In this document: piece by piece, positions 50,338-63,011 of the stretch
Layout of the letters: the number at the start of each line of letters is the position of its first letter
Position numbering within the stretch: the first letter of the stretch is position 1
DNA from: Octopus sinensis
Taxonomy: Eukaryota
Length of the DNA stretch: 64,000 nt
Assembly: GCF_006345805.1 (NCBI RefSeq)
Contig: NC_043006.1
Location: 66,340,001 to 66,404,000 of the forward strand
Reading direction: 5' to 3'
Made by a program: the position numbers and the translations under genes
Notes under the pieces: model-generated
Told to the model about the DNA's origin: nothing
What the model saw: only the letters and a program-made list of their open reading frames with translations
Databases searched by the model: none

Positions 50338-50625
50338 AAAAAATGAAGTTCGAAAATGCTGCTATATTATACAATTTTTTATTTTTATATATACATTATA
50401 ACATGTTTCAGTTCCTGAAATGAACCTTATCAAAAAAAGTTATATATAAAAAAAGACAGCTCATGCCGTCAAACACAAGAAATTCATTTACAATACACAA
50501 CGGAGTCAGACATCTTAAAGTTCAAATATAGTTTGAAGTAAGTTCATTCATGCTATATGTTCAAAGTGTTCGATGCAGTGGCCCACGGTGGCGATATGTA
50601 TTCATATATATAATGATAATAATAT

Positions 50626-50657
<32 letters not shown>

Positions 50658-50798
50658 ATATATAATGATAATAATAATAATAATAATAATAATATTTAAT
50701 AACAATAATAATATTAGGGAATATAATTCCAAACTTACAGGGAAAAATTCAATTTAGTAGTATTAAATCAAATTTCCCAATACATAATATATCTATAT

Positions 50799-51099
50799 AA
50801 ATTAGAGAAGAACCACCATGTAGCAATTCAACAATGATATACTTAAATCATACCATATAAAAAAAACAAATGATGCGATAAAACATTTACCTAAATCTCA
50901 ATAAAGTACATAATAAATAAATAGTATATAATTAGTAATCATATATATTATATATAATACTAATTATATACTATTTTTTTTATTACTATGTATTTTATTG
51001 AGATTTAGATAAATGTTTTATCGTATCTTGTTTTTTCTATATGGTGTGATTTACGTCTATCGTTGTTTGAATTGCTTAATAGTGGTTTTTCACTAATTT
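50799..51099. mobile_element. Fold-back element with about 120-bp inverted arms in (TA)n
   Basis: AAATTAGAGAAGAACCACC..CTAAATCTCAATAAAGTACATA (50799-50917) versus reverse complement of 50981-51099. Confidence 0.75.
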
Positions 51100-51125
51100 A
51101 TATATATATATATATATATATATAG

Positions 51126-51157
<32 letters not shown>

Positions 51158-51610
51158 ATAATATATATATATATTTACATACACACATGTATATATAGTT
51201 GGAATTTACAAAAAAAAAAGAAAAAAAGAACAAAAGACAGAGACGAGTGTGTAAACAACAAACAGATATATTAGTTTAACGCTCGGGAAGTGAGAAAGTC
51301 TACGCTCTTCGACAGAAAGGAACACAGAAATAAGCAGAGAGAAAGAAAAAAAATGTTTAGTGGCTAGCGATCAATCATGGCGAATGCCGGACAGAGGTGG
51401 TCAGACAGGAGAGCTAGGAAGAAGGGGAGATAAAAACAGTAGTGGTGATCCCAAAATGAAGGTGCTCGTGCGTGTATAGGGGCTGGTTACCTTGACGTGT
51501 GCGTGTGTGCATGTGTAGGTGTGTGGATGATGGCGTGGGTGCTGGGAAGTGGTTAGTGCAAGTGTGTGCCGGGTGGTGTGGTATGGTATGGTGGTATGTG
51601 GGTGGTGGTG

Positions 51611-51775
51611 CGTGGTGGTGTGTGGTGGTGTGTGGTGGTGTGTGGTGGTGTGTGGTGGTGTGTGGTGGTGTGTGGTGGTGTGTGGTGGTGTGTGGTGGTG
51701 TGTGGTGGTGTGTGGTGGTGTGTGGTGGTGTGTGGTGGTGTGTGGTGGTGTGTGGTGGTGTGTGGTGGTGTGTGG
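51611..51775 (+). repeat. Near-perfect 10-bp minisatellite (TGTGGTGGTG), about 16 copies
   Basis: Directly visible. Confidence 0.95.
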
Positions 51776-51807
51776 TGTGGTAAGATGTGTAGTGGTGTGT
51801 GATATAT

Positions 51808-52196
51808 ATCAAAATAAGCAACATGGTATCAAGTAGTAATGCAGTACGACCGTTTCAAGCGACTCCATTTAATTGAACAATGCAATCATTACATCAATTT
51901 AAATGCAGGGCTATCATAAATTGCACAAATAAATAGAATTTTAATCAGTCGGACACATTAATATAATTCTACTCAACTACTTTAACAGAGCAAGAAGATG
52001 GAAGAAATCTATGTTGTCGCTATTGTAGCTAAGGATAGACTACATTTCCCCAAAAAGCATGAAGCTTACTGGGGTCATAGCTTGTAAAGGATTGTGGTTC
52101 ATTTCTAATTTATTTGTCTTTTTATCAACTACTTAATCTAAACACTTGAAACGGTCGTACTGCATCACCTCTTGATATCCTGTTGCTTATTTTGAT
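51808..52196. mobile_element. MITE-like element with 52-bp inverted repeats
   Basis: 51808-51859 versus reverse complement of 52145-52196: 47/52 identical. Confidence 0.8.
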
Positions 52197-52300
52197 TTTA
52201 TTCACCTTACTTCGAGCAGTACGGATAATACCGGACTGACTTGGTGCTTCAACTTAAGAACTTAATTCAACTGAATCTCAATTATCTCTCATACATACAT

Positions 52301-52378
<78 letters not shown>

Positions 52379-52389
52379 TATATATATAT

Positions 52390-52425
<36 letters not shown>

Positions 52426-52462
52426 CATACACACACACACACATACATACACACACACATAT

Positions 52463-52850
52463 ATATTGTTATATTTCGGAATGGTCATTTTGCCAGTTTA
52501 GCCAATAAAAACACACGCACTATATATTTGGTGTTATTTTGCTTCAGTGTTATTTATTTTTTACATTAATCTTAATCTTATTTCGGCCAGAGTTCTTTCG
52601 TCACACTCCTGTGACCGCATCAGTAGTCCTTTGTTTTCTTCTTTCTTATTTGTGTCTCTCCTTACTAACCGTCAGCCATTTTGTATTTCTATTGTATGTC
52701 TTCATTTGATCATGCTTATATCTCTATGTGCGTCTATGTTCATTTAGTGTGTGTGTTTTTATTGGCTAAACTGGCAAAATGACCATTTCGAAATATAACA
52801 ATATCTGTTTCAACACACGACTTCACATAAAAAATCTTGCACAACAAATA
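52463..52850 (-). mobile_element. Solo terminal-repeat remnant of the PLE family at 40171-41777, with inverted end
   Basis: 52463-52740 matches 41500-41777; about 60-bp inverted repeat 52463-52525 / 52745-52804; 44 bp at 52807-52850 identical to the reverse complement of 40171-40214. Confidence 0.8.
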
Positions 52851-52872
52851 TATATATATATGAGCATCTCAT

Positions 52873-53162
52873 GTCATTTAGAATAATTTAATTTGCAGTC
52901 TTACAGCCGTTTCTGGGATAACCCAAGTGGTAGGTTAATATGTCCATGCACTGGGTGTTCCAACATCAGAGAAGGTGTGAATATTTTAGACATGGAAGAA
53001 TTGTTTCTAGATTATTCCTTGTAAACTGCAAATTTTTTCCCGTCTAAAATATTCATACCTTGTCTCTGTTGACGGACTACCCAGTGCATGGATTTGCTAA
53101 CCTACCACTTGGGTTATTCCAAAAACGTCTGTAAGACTTCAAATCAAATTATTCTAAATGAC
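52873..53162. mobile_element. Fold-back element whose two arms (about 120 bp) each contain a decayed type I HHR
   Basis: Left arm minus: UCU CUGAUGU UGG..CCA GAAAC GGCU GUA AGA; right arm plus: GUCU CUGUUGA CGGA..UCCA AAAAC GUCU GUA AGAC; different lesions in each arm, consensus is an intact HHR. Confidence 0.7.
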
Positions 53163-53266
53163 TTGAAATACTCGTTCTGCCTTGGTTTTCATTTTATTCG
53201 ATAATATATACACATGCACATATTTATATGTACACACACACACACACACATATATATATATGCATA

Positions 53267-53297
<31 letters not shown>

Positions 53298-54382
53298 CAT
53301 ACATGCATACATACATGCATATATGTACACACATACATTCATACACACACAGACACACACACACACCACACACACACACATATATATGTATGCATGCATG
53401 TATGTATGTATGTTTGTATGTATGTATGTATGTATGTAAGTATGTATGTATGTATGTATGTATGTATGTATGTATGTATGGTCATCACAGAGAATAGCCA
53501 GAATCAAGATAATGACGAACGTATGCATTCTTAATGCGTTCTGGTAGATTCGAACACGAATATGCTAATCGCTGTTGTATGCCGTCTTCGGAGTTCACAA
53601 CACAGTCGCTTCAGTGACTTAAGGCCACTTTGAAGCACTGCGGTTATTCGAACCCTGAGCATTTTATCCGATTTGTTAACGATTCTTGCCATCTTAGTTA
53701 ATTATAGAGCTTAAACCAAGTTAAAAATATCGAGAAACAACGTCATCCTCGACCATATTTGAACTCAGAACGTAAACAGACATGACTCTATACTCCAGGC
53801 CATTTAAACGTTCCTTAACTACAACTGCCACCTATGGTCCATTTCCTTTTCTGTCTAATAAACGACAGAACTATAAAACGTACTTTATACGATATGTAAT
53901 TTTAGAATTTATAATTATGCATTATCAGCTAAAAAACGAATTCCTATAATTTTAAAAATATAAGATACAATTGTAAATTCAGGAAGAATTTTTGAAATGT
54001 AATCACGAATCTCTCGAATTTTTTGTTTACGTTAAAATGTCTTGTGTATGTGATTTAGCTTATGTTATGTATGTATGTATGTATGTATGTATGTATGTAT
54101 GTATGTATGTATGTATGTATGTATGTATGTATGTGTTGTACCGTGGTATGCATTATATATATGTGTGTGTGTGTGTACATACACACTCCCGTACACACAC
54201 ACATATACACATCACATGTATAAATATACTATTTATAAATACACACACACACAGATATATACACATGTGTATGTATGAAAGTATGCATGTTTCTCTCTCC
54301 GCTCTCTCTTTGTCTATATATATATATATAAGGAGAGAGAGAAAGAGAGAGATAGTATCACGTGTATATATGTATGTATTTT

Positions 54383-54428
<46 letters not shown>

Positions 54429-55371
54429 GTGTTTGTTTGAGTGTGTGCTCTGTGTATGTGTATGTGTGTGTGTCTGTGTGTAGGGCTAAATGCTATCGAT
54501 GCTTGACTCTACGGGGGCGACTTGGCAGAATCCCCTGATCGTCTGATAAAATGCCTTACACTGTTAGTTCAGGCCTTCAGCCGACGTAAATTTTTACCTT
54601 CCATTCTTACAGGCTCGATAAAAACATACCAGTTTTGTACTAGTATTCCTCCTCCTTCTTCTTCAGTCTTACACTCGGTATTTCTCGCTCTCTCTCTCTC
54701 TCTCGTTCTCTCTTTGTCTCTCCATGTCTCTGACTTGCTATCTCACACCGTAGAAACAGTGGTTGAACACCACTTGCAATATCTACCTAACTAACCACTT
54801 CTCATTGAAAACTGGTTTTAGCTGTAACCGTCCAAGATCGAACCGATCTACAGCACAGCTTGAAAGAGAAATAAAGAAAAAAAGCATCAATAGACGTACA
54901 ATTTCTGTATTGTTATTTGATAATCCATTCATTAACTCTTCAACAGTTACGGCGAGATATCCTGTCACTAATGACTTCCCAAGTTGTTTCCCGTTCATGC
55001 TATTAAACAGAAAAGCTGCACTCTTAGTTATCAACTCTTATTTTTATAATATATAGGTTTACAGACAGTTTTATAAATATAACATAAAAATTTAATCGTT
55101 ATAATAGTAAAAATATGAAATGTAATTACGAAAGATTGTTTCTGCAAATAAAAACGATGTTTAAAAGTAATGTAGCAAGAACATCCATGAATCTGTTTAT
55201 ATTAAGTGTATACTGCATGTTATTTATATATATGTATATGTTATATATATATATATATATAGATATATATATATATATAGTATATATATATATGTAGGTA
55301 TGTGTACACATACACACATATATGTATAATTTATACGTTTATATGTTGTTAAGATTGAAAAGAGATTGGGG

Positions 55372-55528
55372 AGTAGTAAGAGCTTGTTTCTCACCACATG
55401 GTTCAGGGTTCAGTCCACAGTGTGACATCTTGGGCAAGTGCCCTCTACTATAGCTTGGGCCGACCAAGCCTTGTGAGTGGATTTGGTAGATGAATGCTGA
55501 ATGAAACAGATAGCATATATATATATAT

Positions 55529-55572
<44 letters not shown>

Positions 55573-55580
55573 TATATATA

Positions 55581-55618
<38 letters not shown>

Positions 55619-55805
55619 TGTATGTGTGTGTGCGTATGAGTGTGCGTGTGTGTGAGTATGTGAGTATGTATATATATTTTTTGTGTGTCTGTGTCACCCC
55701 ACCATCGCATGACCACCGATGTTGATGTGTTTGCAACACCGTAACATAGCGGTTCGGGTGAAAGAGTCCGACAGAATAAGTACTAGGTTTACAAAGAATA
55801 AGTCC
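55372..55805 (+). mobile_element. SINE family A
   Basis: Degenerate head, (TA)/(TG) centre, 3' domain. Confidence 0.85.
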
Positions 55806-55944
55806 TCCAGTTTTCCTAAGCCTTGCAAAGGAACTCGGATGGTTGTCCCTCCAACCAGACCTTTCTCGAAACCCTTAAAACCAGAAACTTTTCGGCACTC
55901 CCTCACACACACACACACACACACACACACCACTAAAACATATA

Positions 55945-56148
55945 CGAGGGCCGTTGAAAAGCTCTTGGCTTTGAGTAAAGAAAATACAGGAGGATCAGTT
56001 AATTATGCATTTTCCCCTCAGAGATTCACACACTTATTGCATCGGTCCTTCAGTTTTTCTAAGCCCTGTAAAAGAACTCGGAAGGTTGGGCCTCCCAGCA
56101 GACCTTTAGCGATACCCTTAAAACTAGGAACCTTTCAGCACCCCCTCG
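55945..56148. mobile_element. Mariner-type MITE
   Basis: TA|CGAGGGCCGTTGAAAAG ... CCTTTCAGCACCCCCTCG; a partial second copy of the right half lies at 55806-55905. Confidence 0.7.
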
Positions 56149-56256
56149 TTTTAACTCTAGATCAACATGAAATGCACAGTTATAGAGCGTATATACGAAC
56201 GCGAACACCAGACATGAATACTCTTTTAAATTTATCCTTTTTATTAGTATTCATAG

Positions 56257-56887
56257 GTACAGGAGTGGCTGTGTGTTAAGTAGCTTGCTTACCAACCACA
56301 TGGTTCCGGGTTCAGTTCCACTGCGTGGTACCTTGGACAACTGTCTTCTACTATAGCTTCGGGCCGACCAAGCCCTCGTGAGTGGATTTGATAGACGGAA
56401 ACTGAAAGAAGCCTGTTGTGTGTATATATATCACCGTGATCACCGTAACCGACCAGGCTATCAGATATTCTTACACATCGCTGGTCACATTGCGCTTCGC
56501 ATTGTTTTAGCGTTCAAATGACGCCACCCCGATGGCTAAGCGAGCAACAGAAGAAAGAATGAAAGAAAGTTGTGGCGAAAGAGTACAGCAAGGATCGCCA
56601 CCACACCCTGCCCGAGCCTCGTGGAGCTTTAGGTGTTTTCGCTCAGTAAACACTCACAACGCCCGGTCTGGGAATCGAAACAGGCATATGTTTACATATA
56701 CAGATATAAAAAAAGGTGCAGGAGTGGCTGTGTGGTAAGTAACTTGCTTACCAACAATATGGTTTCGGGTTCAGTACTACTGCGTGGCACCTTGGGCAAG
56801 TGTCTTCTACTATAGCCTCAGGCCGACCAAAGCCTTGTGAGTGGATTTGGTAGACGAAAATTAAAAGAAGCCCGTCGTATATATATG

Positions 56888-56944
<57 letters not shown>

Positions 56945-57183
56945 GTATGTGTGTGTGTGTTTGTGTGTGTTTGTGTGTACATATGTGTGTGTGATTCTGT
57001 TTATCTCCCGCTCCCACCAGCGCTTGACAACCGACGTTGGTGTGTTCACATCCCCGTAACATTACCGTTCGGCAAAAGAGACCGATAGGATAAGTACGGG
57101 GATTACAACGAATAAGTCCTGGGGTGGATTTGTTCGACTAAAGGCGGCGCTCCAGCATGGCCGCAGTCAAATGTCTGAAACAA
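56257..57183 (+). mobile_element. SINE cluster: family A head (56257-56420), family D fragment on minus (56440-56682), full family A (56716-57183)
   Basis: Family-diagnostic motifs as above; 56560-56682 matches 8175-8300. Confidence 0.85.
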
Positions 57184-57454
57184 TGACCGAAACTCTCTCA
57201 AGCAGCACACTTCGACTTGTCTCTGTGCTAAATGCATGAGTTTTCTTACCAAACTCCTTCACCCTCCACGGAGCATGGACCATCGGCAACTTTTCTCCGC
57301 TCTTCTCGAATGTGGGCCGTCTTTTCTGCTTTTGGATCTCTGCTATTTCCTCTTCTGCCTCAGTCCACAAGGAAAGCCTTCCTCTCCAAGGTTTACGTGG
57401 TTTTCAATTGCAATTTATGTTTTCTTTCCTTGTTTGTTTTTTGATCTTGTATCT

Positions 57455-57883
57455 TTTAGCTTTTACCAATTCCAGTCATTAGACTGCGCCCATGCTGGGG
57501 CACCACCTTGAAGAAGTTGTAGTCGAACGAATCGATCTCAGTACTTACTTCTTTTTTTGCTGAACCGCTAAGTTACGAGGACGTAAGCAAATCAGCACCG
57601 TTGTCTTGCGGTAGTGGTGGTGGTGGAGACACACACAAACACGAAGACAAACACACACATATTTATATGCATGCGCACACACATACTTAAGCAGACACAC
57701 ACATACGCACATACATTATATACAACAGGCTTCTCTTAGTTCCTACCTACCAAATCCACTCACAAGATTTTAATTGGCCCGGGCTATAGTAGAAGACACT
57801 AGCCCTAGGTGTCACGTAGTGGGACTGAACCAGGAATCATGTCGTTGTGAAACAAGCTTCTTACCGCAGAGCCATGCTTGCGC
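57455..57883 (-). mobile_element. SINE family A
   Basis: 3' domain and head in reverse complement. Confidence 0.8.
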
Positions 57884-58694
57884 CTGTAACTGCTTTTCTC
57901 TAGGAAAGATAGTTGACTTGATGCATAAGTATTCTTACCTCTGGCAAGAAGCGGTCTATATTAGTCTGGTCTCTGTCCTTTGCCCTATCCATCATAGAAG
58001 GCCCTATCAGAAGCTTCCGCTCTGTTGAGTTAGCTCTCAGAATGTCTGAGGCACAAAACCAACCATAAGGACTAAACAGTAAATGTACGTCTACTTTGAA
58101 ATTAAATAGAATCTATTGGATCGGTTGCCACGGCGTTTAAGGAACAGAGAGTACATGATTCTCACCACAAAATGGAACACAAATCTGTTAGTAATGTTAA
58201 TCTCCATCTCCAGAGTGTCTTTGATATTACTTTGTAGCTGAATACATATTGAAAAAATACACAAAAAAAGAAAGGAAAACCTGAGAAATGGAGCGCCTTG
58301 ATCAAAGACTGCCGACCAATTCAAGAATCGAAACGAAAACCTTACGATCAGAAGCACGAAATACTAAACAACAAACTCAAGTGCCCTCTTCAAATTTATA
58401 GCCAAAGGACATTTTCCACAATTTTTAATGTTTCTTTCGGCTTAGTTTTTAAAAATCTATTTTATGAAACAGTTCAACGCTCTTAATCTGCCTTGAGGTA
58501 TCCCAGCTGGCTCTTTAATTCTCATTTTAATCGATTTTATGGAGAAAATAGGTGTAATTCGTGCACTTCTTTGCTGTGTGGTGTCGAGATTATCTTATCT
58601 TGTCGTACATATATACATACATAAAAACACACACGCACATACAAACATGTAAATATATACGTTACATGTACATGTATATGCATATATATGTATG

Positions 58695-58742
<48 letters not shown>

Positions 58743-58902
58743 TATTAGCACTGTTGGCGTGTAAAAATATATTATGTATATATTTATATGTTATAAATAT
58801 ATATATATATTCAAAAATATATATATACACTATATATATATGTGTGTGTCTGTCTTAGTATGTATACCGTACGTATGTGGCTGTGTGTATGTGTGTAGGT
58901 AC

Positions 58903-59116
58903 GTGGCTGAGCGGTTAGAGTGTTGCACTCACAATCGGAAGATTGTGAGTTCGATTCCTGGACCGGGTGACGCGTTGTGTTCTTGAGCAAACCCCTTCAT
59001 TTCACGTTGTTCAAAACAACTCACCTGAAAAAGCGAGTAATCCAGTGCTAGTCCAGCATCCCATGGCAAGGAATCAATATATACGTCCTAAACGGGTTTA
59101 TGAGCTTATGACCCGG
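58903..59116 (+). mobile_element. tRNA-headed SINE family E with intact Pol III boxes
   Basis: A box TGGCTGAGCGG, B box GTTCGATTCC; body matches 29787-30005. Confidence 0.8.
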
Positions 59117-59532
59117 GAAGGCCCTTATACATATACATACACACACACACACACACACCCACACACACACACATATATATATATGTATATACATACATAA
59201 AGGAATACCAAAAATGGGACAAGAACGCAAAACATCCAGATGATACAAAAAAAGGGACAACAAAACATCTAGACAGACGATACAAAAATCAAGGAGTTTT
59301 CTTTCTTCAGTCGAGTTCCAGGTCATCTTTGTAATTTCTACTGGTTATCCTTGAGATTGCTCCAATCTGGCCAACCCCAAGGAGAAAACTGTTAAGAGTA
59401 CTAAATTCCTTGGAAGGAAGCAGCGAATGTATACGAAATCAAGGACGGAAAAACGGAGAAGTGGTGCACAAATACAAATGCAAATAAAGGACGTGTCTTT
59501 CGACTAAGGACAAATTAAATTAAGCTGGCGTG

Positions 59533-59638
59533 TGTGACAACTAGTTTGTTGTCATCAATTGACTGATGAGATGCAGGAGCTGAGTTCAGCCCCGACATCC
59601 GAAATTCTGAGTTTTATCATAACAAACTAGTTGTCGCA
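59533..59638 (+). ncRNA. Type I hammerhead-like motif at the apex of an 18-bp hairpin
   Basis: UGUGACAACUAGUUUGUU..UGA CUGAUGA GAUG..GCUG AGUU CAGC..CAUC C GAAA UU CUG AGU U UUA..AACAAACUAGUUGUCGCA; bulged stem II, U.G pair in stem III, GUU triplet. Confidence 0.5.
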
Positions 59639-59859
59639 TTTATATTTATAAATTTCTCTATTTACATAATACGGAGGTTTCATACATTCTTTTGTTGTCA
59701 TATTATTATTATCAATATATATATATATATTATATTAATATATATATTATATATATTAATACTATATTATATCGATCTATCTATATATATATATATATAC
59801 TATATATATATATATATATAATATATATATACTATATATATATATATATATATATATCC

Positions 59860-60277
59860 TTTGTTGTTGGCATCCTTTTATCTCAGGAGTCAATGGAGTT
59901 GCGCACAAATAATCTGCCACTTTTTACAGCATCACTGAAGTGTTTTCTCCAGTTCTGCGCAGGCCTGGATTATATGTAAGAAAATCCTGGATGGCCCAAA
60001 CGCCAGGATTCCTCACTCGACCTTGCTGACGTTGTCCAAACGGGTGCAGAGCATCACGTTTGGCACCAGCTTGGTTGCAGGAGCTGCCGGAAGAGTGTCG
60101 AGTCGAAAACTAAACCGCATGCGGGGGCTCCACTCCCGATTTCTTTGAAGGTTGTCTCCTTTCCGTATCCCTTGATATGGGTCCATACCGGGTACTGTCA
60201 GCCAGAGCCAGCTGAGCCCGGGACTCGTGTCAGGCAGGATCATCACTCCCTGAAGTAATGAAGAAAATCGCTACCCA
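59860..60277 (-). mobile_element. Possible second RTE-like non-autonomous element (GC-rich head, (CAA) tail)
   Basis: Minus strand GGAAAGGAGACAACC..GTGGAGCCCCC..GCCAAACGTGATGCTCTGC, ends GGATGCCAACAACAA; family assignment from general resemblance only. Confidence 0.4.
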
Positions 60278-60308
60278 CTATTTATATATGTACACACACA
60301 CACACATA

Positions 60309-60359
<51 letters not shown>

Positions 60360-60419
60360 GTATACACATATGTGTGTATGGACACATAAGTATACATGTA
60401 TGTACACACACACACACAC

Positions 60420-60469
<50 letters not shown>

Positions 60470-60559
60470 GTATACACATATGTGTGTATGGACACATAAG
60501 TATACATGTATGTACACACACCACACACACACACAAACACACATATATACATATACACA

Positions 60560-60713
60560 TTTTTTTCTTGTTTCAGCCATTTAACTGCGGCTATGCTGGA
60601 GGTGCAGCCTTGAAGGGTTTTAGTCGAACAAATCAACACCAGTACTTATTTGTTATACCTATCATTCTATAGTCCCCTTTGCCGAACCGATCAGTGACGC
60701 AAACAAAAAAAGA

Positions 60714-60748
<35 letters not shown>

Positions 60749-60902
60749 CTTTCGTTTGCCAAACTTACAAATTCTCTGACAAGGCATTGGTCGCCCGGGG
60801 CTATTGTAAAAGACAATCTATTCTAAGTGTCACTGAAGGGACTCAACCCAAAATCACGTGGTTGTAAAGGGAGCTTCTTAACCACACAGCCACGTCTGCG
60901 CC
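60560..60902 (-). mobile_element. SINE family A
   Basis: CAGCCATTTAACTGCGGCTATGCTGG..TTGCCGAACC..CCACACAGCCACGTCTGCGCC. Confidence 0.8.
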
Positions 60903-60929
60903 TTTAAAACATTTTAAATATATCTCCGG

Positions 60930-61265
60930 CCCTTACGTCGGGCGCAATGCTTAGCGGCATTTCGTCCGCATTTACATTGTGAGTTCAAATTTCGCCGAGG
61001 TCAACTTTGCTTTTCATCCTTTCGGGGTCGATAAAATAGGTACCAGTTGAGCACTAGGGTCGATGTAATCTATTTATCTCCTTCCTCAAAATTGCTAACT
61101 CTTTCAAAAATTTGACCTTACATCGGGCAAAATGCTTAACAGCATTTCGACCAGAACCAGTAGGGTCTGCTTAGCCATTTGTCCTTTCATGGTCGATAAA
61201 ATAACTACCAGTTGAGAACAGAGATCAATGTGACTGATATACAGCTCTACTCTAATGGCTGGCCT
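60930..61265 (+). mobile_element. Degenerate tandem SINE family B dimer
   Basis: AATGCTTAGCGGCATTTCGTC..GAGTTCAAATTTCGCCGAGGTC..TTCGGGGTCGATAAAA, second partial unit follows. Confidence 0.75.
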
Positions 61266-61479
61266 TGCGCCAAAATTTAAAATCAATATGTCTTCGGCCC
61301 TTTAACATAGCTGAGATGTTTTGATATCGTTTGATAAAGTTTTTCATGTAGTTCGGATATTTATATAATGTAGCTTCGTTATTTTTAATGTGGCTTGGGT
61401 ATATATTTTATTTTAGGTTGCTACATGCATCATATATCTAATGTAGTTGGATATTTTTAATGTCACTTCGTAATTTTAA

Positions 61480-61780
61480 TGCTCACACACACTATATATA
61501 TATATATATATATATACATATATATACATATGAGTATATGTGGTGTTTGTGTGTGTTTGTGTGTGTATGTGGATATGTACGTATCTAGTATATATATACA
61601 CAAATAACTACAAATGTGTGTATATATATATATACATATATGTACATTTATACACACACATATGTAATATAAACATATACATATGTATGTATATGTAAAT
61701 ATGTATGTAATATGAAAAAATACACACACACGCATATATATACGTATATGTATGTACGTAAGTACGTATGTATTTATTGG

Positions 61781-61830
<50 letters not shown>

Positions 61831-61874
61831 ATATATATATATATATATCTAATATATATAGATATATAATATAG

Positions 61875-61905
<31 letters not shown>

Positions 61906-61910
61906 AATAT

Positions 61911-61941
<31 letters not shown>

Positions 61942-62356
61942 CATACATATACACATACATATACACACATACATACGCACACACACATATATACATACAC
62001 ACAGACACAGACACACACACACCCACACACACACACACATATATATATACGTATATGTATGTACGTAAGTACGTATGTATTTACGTGTATGTATATATAT
62101 ATATATGTATACATCATATATATACATACTATACACACATATACACACATATATACGCGCGCACACACACATATACATACATACAGACACAGACACACAG
62201 ACATACATACACACACATATTGTGGCGTAGATATTTTAATGTAGATTGGTTTTTTAAATCTGAAATATTATTTATGATTTTCACTTTCGGAATTTATATT
62301 GTTCGTTAACAAAATTTAACTGCTTCCACCCCCCCCACACATATACGTATAAAACC

Positions 62357-62407
<51 letters not shown>

Positions 62408-62702
62408 ATATAATATATATAGCGTTGATGCTTTTTTTCAGTTGATTTTGATTTTTTCAAAGAAAACCAACTCCATTTCGTTTTCAAGAATTTAGTATAT
62501 TCTCTAAGTCCATTAGATATATTCAAGATTATTTTTACTTGCGTAGGATTGTCTTTTCTTTCTATTAGGGTTGCAAACAACGAAAACAATAACCTGTCAT
62601 TTCGCTTGTTGCGAAGATTCCGAATATATTACTTACCGCCTAGAAAAATACATACATACATACATACTACATACATACATACATACATACATACATACTA
62701 CA

Positions 62703-62735
<33 letters not shown>

Positions 62736-62745
62736 GTGTGTGTGC

Positions 62746-62791
<46 letters not shown>

Positions 62792-62980
62792 ATATATATA
62801 TATTAATATATGTACATTTATACACACACATATGTAATATAAACAAATACATATGTATGTATATGTAAATATGTATGTAATATGAAAAAATACACACACA
62901 CATATATATATATACGTATATGTATGTACGTAAGTACGTATGTATTTATGTGTATGTGTATATATATTATATATATATAC

Positions 62981-63011
<31 letters not shown>

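Noticed and set aside
50395-50435. UUGAUAA GGUUC..GAACU GAAAC AUGU on minus
   Set aside because: Plausible HHR relic but two core substitutions and an ambiguous stem I; too weak to call
54763-55056. Overlapping 83-97 aa ORFs in unique sequence (TEIVRLLM looks faintly ankyrin-like)
   Set aside because: No full motif and no clear splice boundaries; cannot support a coding call without a homology search
58091-58486. Short ORFs in a unique island
   Set aside because: No recognisable domain or exon structure
58903-58975. tRNA gene
   Set aside because: A and B boxes are present but no full cloverleaf can be formed, and it continues into a SINE body also seen at 29787-30005
60200-60277. HDV-like ribozyme at the head of the putative RTE derivative
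   Set aside because: Could not assign P1, P2, P3 and J4/2 consistently by eye
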